From contig NC_068985.1 in NCBI RefSeq assembly GCF_001194135.2, forward strand, positions 7,375,249 through 7,435,124: DNA of 59,876 bases, given 5' to 3'. A program made the position numbers and the translations under genes. Of this stretch, positions 10,801 to 23,009 are shown piece by piece (within the stretch, counting starts at the first letter, position 1; each line of letters starts with the position of its first letter). The notes beneath the pieces are model-generated. The model was not told the DNA's origin. It saw only the letters and a list, made by a program, of their open reading frames with translations, and did no database searches. The DNA comes from Octopus bimaculoides. Lineage: Eukaryota.

Positions 10801-11192
10801 CTCCCCGTTTTTCGCCAAAAGCTAACATAATAGTTTCTCTCATGTTAACTATCGCAGTATAGTTTGTTCTAACACAACAGTGACGATAAATATTACCTTT
10901 CAATATTATTACTGCCTCTGTCGCTAATATATATTTTCTAAATTATCAGTTATAGTCATTTTTATGCATTTCCTACATCATTTTTATATACATGTATTTG
11001 TATTCTGAACACGTATATATATATTTTTTCTTTTGAAGTTGTTGAAATATTTATTTCATACATCGTAAACTAATCAACCTTCAGTTCGAGGTGGAAAGAA
11101 ATCTTACTCTATTTATCTAACAGCCATAGAATTTTTTGATATCAAATAATTTTTTTCGACGCTTCCTGGTGAAAAAATAAAAGCAGCTCGAT

Positions 11193-11250
11193 ATTAAGGA
11201 ATATTTACAGATTAAGGAATATTTACAGATTAAGGAATATTTACAGATTA
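11193..11250. repeat. 18-bp minisatellite (attaaggaatatttacag) x3.2
   Basis: Direct reading of identical tandem units. Confidence 0.9.
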
Positions 11251-11904
11251 TATGAGCATTGTTTTCAGATATAACACTTGAATTACGCATTCAGAATATT
11301 AAAGAATTTTCTTTTCTTTTTTTTTTTTCTCTGTTAACGAAATTCAATAAAGAGATAAAATATACAAAACTCCGAATAGATAGTGAAGTCCGACTATACT
11401 TCTATTTTGATTGTATATTTCTAAATTACCAAGTCTTTACGTAAATACTGTTCGTAGATGTAACGAAAATACTATGAAAGTATGGCGGTTAAACAACTGA
11501 ATTGAAAAAGTAAAATAGAATTGAAAAAGTAAAAACAGAATATTTTATTCATATTAATGCAACGTCCCAAGTATTCTTAAGACAGACATTAGCGCCACTA
11601 CCATGTAGTTCTTTTGAACTCCAAAATTTTAATTTTTAAATCCTAATTTCGTTCCTTTCAAGCAAACAATTGTGTACAGTGAATAAGTTAATGCCGAAGA
11701 AGTGTAGTGTTTTAGTTATTTTCAAATTAAATATAGTTTGTATATTTGAGAATACTAAAGACCTAATTAATTTTCATCCAGCTGCAATGGATTCAAATCT
11801 CACCAATGTCGGTTTCTTTTTATGTCTCGGGTATCGATAAAATGAGTAAAACAGATTTAGTTTTGTCCCTATGTTTTAAATTCAGATCCCAAGTTGGATT
11901 CCCG

Positions 11905-12275
11905 TTTCCTTGCGATATTCTTCTACCCTTATTTTGAGGGGGTGACATGTTTCGCCCTTGTATAACCTACCACTGCTGCATGGGATGGAGTATACACAGT
12001 TCTTAGTCACATTGTCTACTATTGGTGGTTTTACTGGAAGGAGATATTTGCGAAGTGTTGTGTTACTCTTTAATACTGCCCTCATGTCATACGGGCCGCA
12101 TATCTTTTTGGAGAGGCCTTTCACGTAGGATAGACAGACTGTGGTCAGTTTATTGGTTTCATCCTCTTTTTTCTTTATAATTGGAGTGGATAGTATGTTT
12201 TGGGGGAAGTTGTTGCTTAATAGATTGTTACTGAGCTTGTACATAATTCCTCATCTCTTAAATATAGAAATGTAT
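11905..12275 (-). mobile_element. Penelope-like retroelement fragment (RT-linker into GIY-YIG endonuclease)
   Basis: ORF 11882-12244 contains LSYVKGLSKKI...LRKYL..VKP...NCVYSIPCSSGRLYKGETCHPLKIRVEEYRK, a typical PLE GIY-YIG motif set. It is truncated after EEYRK. Confidence 0.88.
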
Positions 12276-12999
12276 TAACATCCTGTAGCTCCTTATTTTA
12301 TAGATAACAAACTATTCCTAATCTCATATAATATATATCTATCAAGAAATAAAATCAAAACATTTCCATTTTTCATTGGCTTTAAAATTAAACTACAAGA
12401 ATCGTTTAGCAGATTTGTTTTGACTTCTGTAATTATTTGTAAATTCTCCGTTATTTTGATGCAGTTTTGTGTGAAGAAACATTATAATTACACTTAAAAA
12501 TTTAGTAGATCATTTATATCAATTACATACGCTGCCTACCCAGTAACAGACCCTCTGAATAATGATGCCTTGCAGTTAACTCTGATTATGCAGTTTCTTG
12601 TGAAACAAAATAAGAAATTTCACAGAAAGAAAGAATAATAGGAATTTCTTATGAAAACAAATTTTGTTAAGAAATGTTTTGTTTCTCTTTTTAATTTAAT
12701 CAAATATCAGAAGACTTCGGAAATTGTGAAACAGTAGGATAATGGTATATATTCAGAAAACAAAGAATAAAAACAAACTGAAGAAAGATGTTTAGTTTTA
12801 TAGCTGAAGGTAGAAAAATTATAAAGTTGCTTTGTCGGAGGGACACAAGGTGGTAAGAGACTTTGGATGCCAATGAGATTTGTCCGCTAATCAACACTTT
12901 ACATCTTATGCCAGAACTTCGACATGCTATTTATGACTGTCATAAATGCCGTAAAAGAGAATTTCTTTATTGTAGTTGTTGCTTAACTCCAAGTCCGAT

Positions 13000-13260
13000 A
13001 CCAGGTGGCGTGTTGTGTCCTTGAGCAGGACACTTTATTTCACGTTGCTCCAGTCGACTCATCTGACGAAAATGAATAGTACCAGTATTTCAAAGGACCA
13101 CTGTTGTCACTTTCTGCATCATGTTGAATGTCCCTGAGAGCTACATTAAGGGTACACGTGTCTGTTGAGTGCTCTGCCACTTGCACATTAATTTCCCGAG
13201 CAGGATGTTCCGTTAATCGTATCAACCGGAACCCTCGTCGTCGTAACCGATGGAGTGCCA
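13000..13260 (+). mobile_element. SINE group B (variant B2 middle), 5'-truncated
   Basis: The 3' ~190 bp matches the group B module (gtatttcaaagg...aagggtacacgtgtctg...gtcgtaaccga.ggagtgcca). The upstream part (gtgtccttgagcaggacactttatttcacgttgctccagtc) matches 49720-49800 rather than B1. Confidence 0.85.
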
Positions 13261-14720
13261 GTTTTTTTTTTTTTTTTATCACCTAACTCTAAGTCCGCTA
13301 CAATCAAGTATCTCTATAGTCAAAGTTTTCTAGTTGTTAGAATTCCATCATTTTTAGGCATAATTTATCTAAGATCGTCCATTATTTATCTCTGTCACCT
13401 TTTACTCCCCCTAACGCATAACCATACACACACACATATTCGCTACCCAGTCAGATATACACGACACGGTTATATATATACACTGTTTATTATCCTAAAT
13501 CCTTCTTATGGCAAAAGTTAGAATACAGTTTCATGGAAAGTTGTTGGAAAGTAGAGTAACAAGATAGACACATCCTCGCTCGTTCCTTAAGGTCCATTAT
13601 TTTCACATGTTGTACTTTAGTAGAACTTTGAAATTTGGTTTGCGAGAACTCAAAACTTAAAATAGAGTATGTAAGATAGCACAGTATCAGTGCTCAAATT
13701 CGATATTTCTATGACCAAAGATTAAGAAATAAATGCCCACTGCACAGGATATTGGACTATTGCAGATAGCTTCAGACACAACTTACAGCGGAAATATAAC
13801 GGCATGTTGTGGTATTCCTTATTTGAAAATAAAAGAAGTGAACGGTTCAACCCGAAATTCTTTATACCAGCATCGGCAATTGGTATTATATATTACCGAG
13901 CACCGATTTATTTTCCTGGGTCCTTATCACTTAATTATAAGCAACATCATAAAAATACTTAGTAAGGTCACAAAATGTTTATAATTAACCGAAGTAGTTT
14001 TCTTAAAGTAATACTATAAGACACAAGTTTGGCATTTATATTTATTTGTTTGAATTCTTTTTATTGTGACGAACTATAGCGATAGGCGATGCAAGAATGC
14101 TTGACTCAAAATATCAAATGGGATTTGTATGCTACATAAGCCGTAGTCGATTAAGTCAATAGATCCATTGATTTAAAAGCAAATAAGGCTGAGGATATGT
14201 AATCTGTAAGAGAGAAAGAAAATTATTTGTGAAATTGAAATGTGAATTTATGATGTTTTTATCTTCCCCCAAATCCCTGTTTTTAGCGGAAAATCAGAGC
14301 TTAGTTGCAGACACACAGTTGATAAAGTTTTCATACCTTCAAGAATGTAAATGCAAACGCAGCAGCAGGTAACATATTGTTTCTTATTTCTATTTACTGT
14401 AGGCAGTATTGACATTCTCAAGAGTTAATTCAGTTGTTTAAAGGATATAGGGGCCATAACCCACGCAGGAGATATGGTAACAAAAAAGAAAGAGTTAATT
14501 AAATCTTGTTTGGATTTATTTATGTAATTCCTAATATCTATCTCAAGTAGCTTGACTACAACATAAGTATTAAACGTAAATTGAGAAAGTCACTACAGCA
14601 CATTTGAACCACGTTCAACGTCAGATGAATTGTAATGGATATCACACAAAAGCAGACAGTCTCTACTCTTAAATTGGATTCTTATTTATGGATAGCTGTG
14701 TTTGACGAGACAATAAAATA

Positions 14721-14926
14721 ATAATGGCACAAGGCCAGCAATAATGGGGAAGAGGTAAGTCGATTCCATTGGCCGCAGTGATCAACTGGAATTTATTCTC
14801 TTGACCTCGAAATGATGAAAGGTTAAGTCAAATGTGTGGGAGTTTGAGCTCAGAACACGAAGACGGGTGAAAAGCTTCTTAGCATTTGACCCAGTGTACT
14901 AAGGATTCTGATAGCTCGCCGCCTTC
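14721..14926 (-). mobile_element. SINE group A, diverged
   Basis: Recognisable head (ctcgccgcctt), gagctcagaac segment and ggcacaaggccagc tail. Confidence 0.75.
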
Positions 14927-16911
14927 TCGGGGTAATAGACTAATAATATCATCGATACTGTGTGTTTAAACGAGTCAAAGTCGGACAGCGTCTCTACTTT
15001 TACATCTCCGTCAACGCACACTTGACTTGCAAACATGCCTACAACAGCAGAGTTAAGCTAATCGCCTGTACATATGCTTTTCTACATAATGAACTTAACA
15101 AACGATAAGAACTGAGGCTCCATTTTATATAGAAAGCGCTATCTTTAATGTTTAATGACGCCCTTCGTTAAGTTATATACTCCACATATTTCCAAACTTT
15201 ATACGCAACATACAGATAATAACTTTATTACTGCCTTAATTTAGCTATTTATTTCTGTATCCAAGAAACAATAAGAGATTATATAATAAAGTGCCTATCT
15301 ACGATTTCAGAAGAATTATTGCTAAAAGATATCTTTCTCTTTTACCAAGCGTTTTAGAAACTGGTGTTTCATCGCAGTCCTATGGATCTTTATGAACTGA
15401 AAAAGCTTTGCCATAAACTAGATTTCGCGTTTACTGTACAAAAATAATTACTACTCCTACTACATCTTCTGATGCTGCTGCTACTACTATTGCTATTTCT
15501 ACTGCTACTACAATTCTACGCACATAACTACTTAAATACTACAAGTGCAAAAATCACAATAAATATTTCAAGTCTATCCCGCATCAAAGACCTGTCGATT
15601 AATAATCCATTAAACCTTTTACAAACTAGCAAATACTGTGGTGTGGTGTGCATAAATGAATAATAAACGACTTCTAAAAGAATTAATAGTGATTTTTGTT
15701 TATTTTTATATCGAACAAAACCTACTGAAATTAATAATAATATTGATTTCTTTCTACTAATATTCTAATATACATATACACAATGGCTTGAAACAAATGG
15801 GAATATATTACGGCTACAAACTTCTTGAGAGCATGAAAGGCAATGTTGCTTAGATATGATTTTATCTCAGAACGAATAGCGATTACATTAGATATTGTTA
15901 ATGGTCTAGCTCAGTTATTACTGTTTTTAAAGACTAATGACCTCTACCATAAGACACGCTCTGCACACAAGTCACACCATAAGGTCTGTGTTAGCCTACT
16001 AATTATACTGTGGCAAGACATTTTGATTTCCCTATATTCCGGCATATAAATCGAAATGGTATGTAGTGTTAGCATTCAAAACATAGCCACTGTCTTTCCA
16101 AGTTCTGCTGCATTTCACATGGAAATCTTGGTCTTCCAGAGTCGTCTTGGTCTATTAGTTGATGTACTCTTTATGGCTGTCAATTTTGGTCTGAAAAATT
16201 TGTTTTGTATGCCGGAAGATACTCTAATTAAATAATATCGTGACAAAATAAAAGTATTAGCTTAGTTATCAATTCTTGTTAATAAAGACAAGGGAAACAA
16301 CTTATTACATAAAAGGTGAGTATACTAATGTTTACGTCAACGTACTTATCGCTTTTAATCAATTAAATATTATATATTTCACGGTAGAAATGAACTTTAC
16401 TTCAATGATGAAGTTGATTTCAATGTTACATATAGCTATATGAGACAATGACCAAGAACCTGTATGACTTCTAGATATACGAGAAATAGAAGACAATTTT
16501 TATCCGGATCATATGCTATGCTCTTAATAAAAGAAAAGAACATATTGCGGATAATGCAATGCCTGAAAAAACGATGAAAATAGTCACGACTGGGAACCAT
16601 TCTTACGATAGACAGTTCGACATAATACGGTCGGTTAAAGAGAACAGGATAACGGTTAGAAATTGAGAAACTACGCAAAATCCATCCAAGGAATTATAAA
16701 ATAACATTGGGATTATATACCGTAGATTATTTAATAGATTGTCTATCGGTGTGTACATTCTACTGTGTGTATAAATGACTGAATGTGTAGGCGTGCATAT
16801 GAATGCACGCGTATGCATGTGTATGTAGGTATGTGTGCATGCATGAGTGCATCTGTTAATTGCTGTGATGTTCAGTTCTTGATATTCTCGTCCAATATAT
16901 TAACTGTCTGA

Positions 16912-17119
16912 AAGGCGTCGAGCAGATAGAATCGTTAGCACACAGGACAGAATGATTAGTGTCACATTGTCTGTCTTTGCGTTCTTAGTTCAAATTCCGC
17001 CGAGGTCGACTTCGCCTTTCACCCTTTGGAGGTCGATAAAATAAGTACCAGTGTATGTAGTCGACTTCACCCCACCATACCCCGTAATTTCTGGCCTTGT
17101 GCCAAAATTTGAAGCCACC
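16912..17119 (+). mobile_element. SINE group A, tail type 1' (ggccttgtgccaaaatttgaa)
   Basis: Co-linear with the other group A copies: aaggcgtcgagc...gttcaaattccgccgaggtcgac...gtcgataaaataagtaccag. Confidence 0.88.
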
Positions 17120-17580
17120 AATTTTCTTCTTGCCTGGTTCCTGAACCATCTTATGATAATTCTGCTTTACGTTCTATATGAATAATTATTATTAAGCGTT
17201 GTCTTCGTGTGGCACTCAGCCTTTATTCTGCTTATTGTTTTGTACCCCGTCCGTCCACTAACCCAGAAACCGAGGTCTGTGAGTATCACGAAGGTTAGAG
17301 ATGGGAGCGATAAACTCCCTTGCTCATACTCTACGGGCCAAAACTGTGTGTCGGTAGCCAGCTGGAAAAGATGCTTTCCTGCGGCTAAATAGTAGTAACA
17401 CCGTCCTGTGTAGGACTGCCACATTCTGTTGGAAAATATACATTTCTGTTATCTTTATTTTAATCATTTTATATTCTACCGATTCTTAACACTGTGCCAC
17501 TACTCTTTTTAATTAAAATGTGTGTCTTCTCTTTTAAAGTAAAAGGCGCTTTGGCTAATTTTATTCCATACAGAGAATAG

Positions 17581-17749
17581 GCACAGATTTAGCTGTGTGG
17601 TAAGAATTTTGCCTCTCAACCACATGGTTCTGGGTTCAGTTACATTGCGCGGGACCTTGGGCAAGCGTCTTCTACAATCTTGGGCCGACCAAGGACTTAT
17701 GAGTGGATTTGATAGACGGAAACTGAAAGAAGCCGGTCATTTGTGCGTG

Positions 17750-17844
<95 letters not shown>

Positions 17845-18060
17845 TTATGTGTATCTGTCCCCACTCACCGATCATCAACCAGTGCTGGTTTGTTTACATA
17901 CCCGTGACTTAGCGGTTCGGCACAAGAGGAATCGATTGAACGAATACCGGGCTTAAATAAAATAAGTAATGGGGTCGATTCATTCGATTAAAACCCTTCA
18001 AGACGGTACTCCAGCATGGACGCAGTCTAATGACTGAAAACAAGTAGACGACTAAAGGAT
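17581..18060 (+). mobile_element. SINE group C with internal (GT)n
   Basis: gctgtgtggtaag...gggttcagt...ccttgggcaag...gacggaaactgaaagaagcc, then (GT)n at 17752-17841, then cttagcggttcggc...ggggtcgat...ccagcatgg...tgactgaaa. Co-linear with 18611, 51043 and 55101. Confidence 0.9.
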
Positions 18061-18174
18061 AATATCTGAAAAAAAAGACGTGATGGTCACGGCTGAAATG
18101 TCAGTTTATTACAGGCTTATTCGACGCGACTCGACTGCGTTTATGCAATAACTAAACAATCTGAAAGTCACATG

Positions 18175-18265
18175 AAGGTGATAGCGCCATCTACTTGTGA
18201 AAGGGACAAGTGGATATTCCAGTTGACGATGGCGGCCATGTTGCACTGATTTAATCGTAAGTTCC
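18175..18265. promoter_or_regulatory. Candidate regulatory site: overlapping inverted YY1-like motifs followed by a strong splice-donor-like GTAAGT
   Basis: gcgccatct at 18184-18192, gatggcggccatgttg at 18228-18243, gtaagt at 18257-18262. Motif evidence only. Confidence 0.22.
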
Positions 18266-18610
18266 TATTTAATTAACTTTAATAAATCATGATGAAAGTA
18301 TTGAATTGGGTAAAGAGATTTCTGAAATAATTAAATAGGTCTGTAGGATTAAGAGATAATAGTCTGTGTGATAATAGGCGTTGATATTAAGACTTACTGA
18401 CTGGCCAGTTGTTGAGGAGGAAATACAGTCACTGATACGATTCAAAATAAACAAACCAGCTTTGCAAACTCTAAGTACTACTTCCATGTGACAGACAGAG
18501 CAACTAAATCTTTCTCAAATCACACCATACCGGTAAGGGCTGACCATAATCGATGATGTAGTAGAAGATAAGGTAAGCTCGGTCGAAACTTGGACATCGT
18601 TGATCAAGAT

Positions 18611-18772
18611 TGGTTGTGGTAAGAAGATTATTTCCAACTACGCAGTTCCGGTTTCAGTCCGACTGCGTGGCACCTTGGGCAAGTGTCTTCTACTATAGTC
18701 TTGTACCGACAAAAAGCCTTGTGAGTGGATTTGGTAGACGGGAATTGAAAGAAGCCCGTCGTTTGTGTGTGT

Positions 18773-18810
<38 letters not shown>

Positions 18811-18820
18811 NNNNNNNNNN

Positions 18821-18853
<33 letters not shown>

Positions 18854-19085
18854 GCGTGCGTGTGTGTGTGAGTGCGTGTGTGTGTGCGTATCTGTTTCTT
18901 CGTCACCACTGCTTCACAGCTGGTGTTGGTTTGGTAACATCCACATACCTTAGTGTTTCGATGAAACACAGTACCATGCTTAAAAAAGTACTGGGGTCGA
19001 TTAATTCGATAAAATCCTCTTCAAGGCTGTGCCCCAGCATGGCCGCAGTTTAATGACTGAAACAATTAAAAGATAAAAGATAAAC
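18611..19085 (+). mobile_element. SINE group C with internal (GT)n and a 10-nt gap
   Basis: Co-linear with 17581-18060; ends gactgaaacaattaaaagataaaagataaa. Confidence 0.9.
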
Positions 19086-20871
19086 GATAAATATATATCT
19101 GCCCAGAGGGCCCAGAGGGCCAAGAGGGGACGTCTGAAAAGAAACGATTTTTTGATAGATTATCTCTGTATTGATATTCAACAGTAAACTAAGAAATGCT
19201 GCAAAACCCCAATTTGAAATCAGAGAGAAAATGAAAATAGCCATGGCGAGCTTGTTGTCTTGAATATTTTCACTAAAGAGATACCAAAGGACATTTACAT
19301 AAAGATGGTGTTATTTCTTTTCTTTTTTGTCTTGAACCAGCGCGTTCATAGTCAAAACTGAACTACTAATCAATGCAACCATCTAATTCTTGCTTTACGT
19401 ATCAAGACTACAATTTATTGCGGTGATCTTTCTGTGCTGTGTGATGTAGATTTAATTTCAAATATATAAATCATAAAATGTTTTATCTCGAATACAACTA
19501 ACAAGTGAGGAGCTCGTATATAACTTGAAACAGCAGCTGCCAGCAAAGAAGTTAAACATGCTTTTTATCTAATCTCCTTCAAATTTTTTCAGCAAAAATA
19601 TAATTCTCTCGTAAATACTTAAAATGTAGTAACGTGTTTTACTGATAAAAATTTTATTACTAAATGAAGAAATGATATATCTTATAAGTTGATCAAACTA
19701 TTTGCAAGTTTCGTTTTATACAAGTCATTTAATTTCCATTTATGACAGAATGTCTCTCCTTTAGAGAAACATTAGTTTCTATGTTCACTTTATATANNNN
19801 NNNNNNNNNNNNNNNNNNNNNNNNNNNNNNNNNNNNNNNNNNNNNNNNNNNNNNNNNNNNNNNNNNNNNNNNNNNNNNNNNNNNNNNNNNNNNNNNNNNN
19901 NNNNNNNNNNNNNNNNNNNNNNNNNNNNNNNNNNNNNNNNNNNNNNNNNNNNNNNNNNNNNNNNNNNNNNNNNNNNNNNNNNNNNNNNNNNNNNNNNNNN
20001 NNNNNNNNNNNNNNNNNNNNNNNNNNNNNNNNNNNNNNNNNNNNNNNNNNNNNNNNNNNNNNNNNNNNNNNNNNNNNNNNNNNNNNNNNNNNNNNNNNNN
20101 NNNNNNNNNNNNNNNNNNNNNNNNNNNNNNNNNNNNNNNNNNNNNNNNNNNNNNNNTATATATATATACGTGCATATGTAAGTATTTTACTAGCTAGCTT
20201 TCAGTCAATCGATCTTTATGTACCATTAATTTGAATGATGTAGCATGTTTAATTTAGATCAATAGCTAACTGCAATTAGTAGTGTTTCAAAGAATCGCCA
20301 GCGCTTTCTCAGTCCGTGTCAGCTGGCAAATATGATAAAAGATTCATTTAATTTGCTTATTGGACACATTTAAGGTTGTTCTTTGATTAATGGGAATCTG
20401 AAGCGTTTCATTAACTAATAGATAATGATGCTTACAGACCTCGGACAAAGCTATTTCCTATTGCTTTTGCTCGCCAAATGTTAATAACATTCAGAAGTCT
20501 TTAAATTATTTACGGCACACATAATGATGACAAGAACCAAAATCTGATTATATTATTAAATATCTATAATGAACAACAAAGACTAATTATATTTCTATGA
20601 ATGAATTCAGTAACATTTTTCATTAAAAGGATGCAGGGTAGTGTCTTGTTAAGATGCTAATCACGACTGGCTTTTAGTCTTCTCTCACCAGAAATTTTTC
20701 TATAGTAAAATACATTTTAGGTTAGTGCTAATTTCACATTTGAAAATTTAACATTTTGCTCCACGCTTTCTTCACAAGATGTAAGTGCTTTTCTTCTCTT
20801 GCTCAACATCGAATAGCACATATCATTACTTAAGGATTTGGCGAATATTGATTTTATTATTTGGCAATTAA

Positions 20872-21045
20872 GGGCGATGGCTGGAATTGTTGAATGAAAT
20901 GGATGAGGTTATTCATTTACGCCCTTTTATATCCTGTTTTCAAATCTTCCCGAAATTATCTTCGCCTTTCATCCTTCTCCTGATGAGAAAATAAATAATA
21001 GTTAAGTACTGTGGCTTTATGTAATCGACCATAACCTTTCCAACC
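20872..21045 (+). mobile_element. SINE group A, old diverged copy
   Basis: The cttcgcctttcatcctt...aaataaataatagttaagtactgtgg...gtaatcgac core is still recognisable. Confidence 0.55.
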
Positions 21046-21882
21046 TTTTTTTTTTTTTTTTTCGTGACTCGTACTGTTATTAGAAATTCTTGTATTGAAT
21101 ATAAGGATTTACTTGATTAAATGCGAGGAAATCTTTTGCAAGATAGAATATATTTGCGTAAGTGAGCTCCACTTACGTTTGCGGAATTGATTTTATCGAT
21201 CTCGATTGTGTGAAAGAAAATATATCGTCCAGAAGATGACATTAAGCTGGGAATGCATGGAAGAGTAGACTGTGATATATCGAGTTCCCTTCCATGCCTC
21301 TGTTAATGATCTACATTGGTAATTGAATCAATAATAGAAAACGCTACTGGACAAAACCATATGAATTACGAAAAGTAAATTTTAAGAATGTCCATATAGA
21401 AGTAGACTAACTTCATGAAAATTCCTGAAGTGTTACTCCTTTGCCGACTTTTAAGAATTTGACTAATCACAGACGACGCATTTGAGGAACTGAAAGTGAG
21501 TACCATTGAACATTTGAGAAGACCAGCTCCACCACAACACGGATTTATTTTTTCTATTCTTTCTTAAGAGTTGTTGTTTAACATCCTTCATCCTCGATCC
21601 AGCAGACGTAAGATCAAAGACGTTTGAGACGTGACTATCCTGTGTTTCGTTTTTAATTCATGGAATATCAAAGCCTAAAGGTTTCTTTCCGTTTCTAAGA
21701 CCGCATGGTGTGATTTTAGGAATACTTGTTTGTTTTTCTAGTAAATTGAACGATCGCAGAGAAATAGGCCATGTTTTTTACTGCGTTATACCACAAATTG
21801 GTTTTCCATGTTACATTTCAATTATGGTAGCTTACTAATTGATTCCGTTCATTTCTGGTTACATTGTTATCATACACACACA

Positions 21883-22302
21883 CACGTATATATATATATA
21901 TATATATNNNNNNNNNNNNNNNNNNNNNNNNNNNNNNNNNNNNNNNNNNNNNNNNNNNNNNNNNNNNNNNNNNNNNNNNNNNNNNNNNNNNNNNNNNNNN
22001 NNNNNNNNNNNNNNNNNNNNNNNNNNNNNNNNNNNNNNNNNNNNNNNNNNNNNNNNNNNNNNNNNNNNNNNNNNNNNNNNNNNNNNNNNNNNNNNNNNNN
22101 NNNNNNNNNNNNNNNNNNNNNNNNNNNNNNNNNNNNNNNNNNNNNNNNNNNNNNNNNNNNNNNNNNNNNNNNNNNNNNNNNNNNNNNNNNNNNNNNNNNN
22201 NNNNNNNNNNNNNNNNNNNNNNNNNNNNNNNNNNNNNNNNNNNNNNNNNNNNNNNNNNNNNNNNNNNNNNNNNNNNNNNNNNNNNNNNNNNNNNNNNNNN
22301 NG

Positions 22303-22366
<64 letters not shown>

Positions 22367-22372
22367 TGAGTG
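21883..22372. repeat. (AT)n - assembly gap (21908-22301) - (GCGT)n
   Basis: Direct reading. Confidence 0.95.
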
Positions 22373-23009
22373 AGTGTATGTAATGTATATATATACATAC
22401 ACATACCGATATATATAGAGAGAGCGAGAGAGACAGACAGACAGACAGACTGACTGACTGAATCGCAATGTTTTTTATGGATATCAACACATGTTTAACA
22501 TTATGGATTGATGTAATGGTAACACGTTTTGTTAAACCATAAGAGAAATCAGATAAAGATTGCTATTCTGGTTAAATTACGGTCCACAAACGCTATCATA
22601 ATTTAATACTTCTACAAAATACAGTAAGCAACAAGGAATAACACTGCTTCTTTCGGTATCAATGTTAGTTGATTTATGAGCACATTAATAACAGATCACA
22701 CGTTGCCTACCTTAAATGGGAGCTTTATGCGCTTAATTCATATGCTATAAATAGCTGTTATGTATCCTTTGAATCATACCCAGATATCTTTTAAAAGGGC
22801 GCATTAGATCATGTAATTGTATATACCCTTACAAAGATGCGATGATAACATTCTGGAATGCTTTTGATTGTAGGTTTGCTCGATAAAGATTTACCTGGAT
22901 GGAAGCAACTACAAAAACATGCCGCCTGGGTGAGAGTTAAAATGTATAATCAAAAGGTTTGTAGTAAATGGGCAGAAGGTTTGTAGTAAATAAGTAGGAA
23001 TGCTTAAGA

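Noticed and set aside
11193-11250. CRISPR-like repeat array (also 51871-51922)
   Set aside because: The units are directly adjacent with no spacers, and the context is eukaryotic.
19101-19130. Collagen-like GPLGPLG on the minus strand
   Set aside because: Only three 9-bp units, with no extended Gly-X-Y run or exon boundaries.
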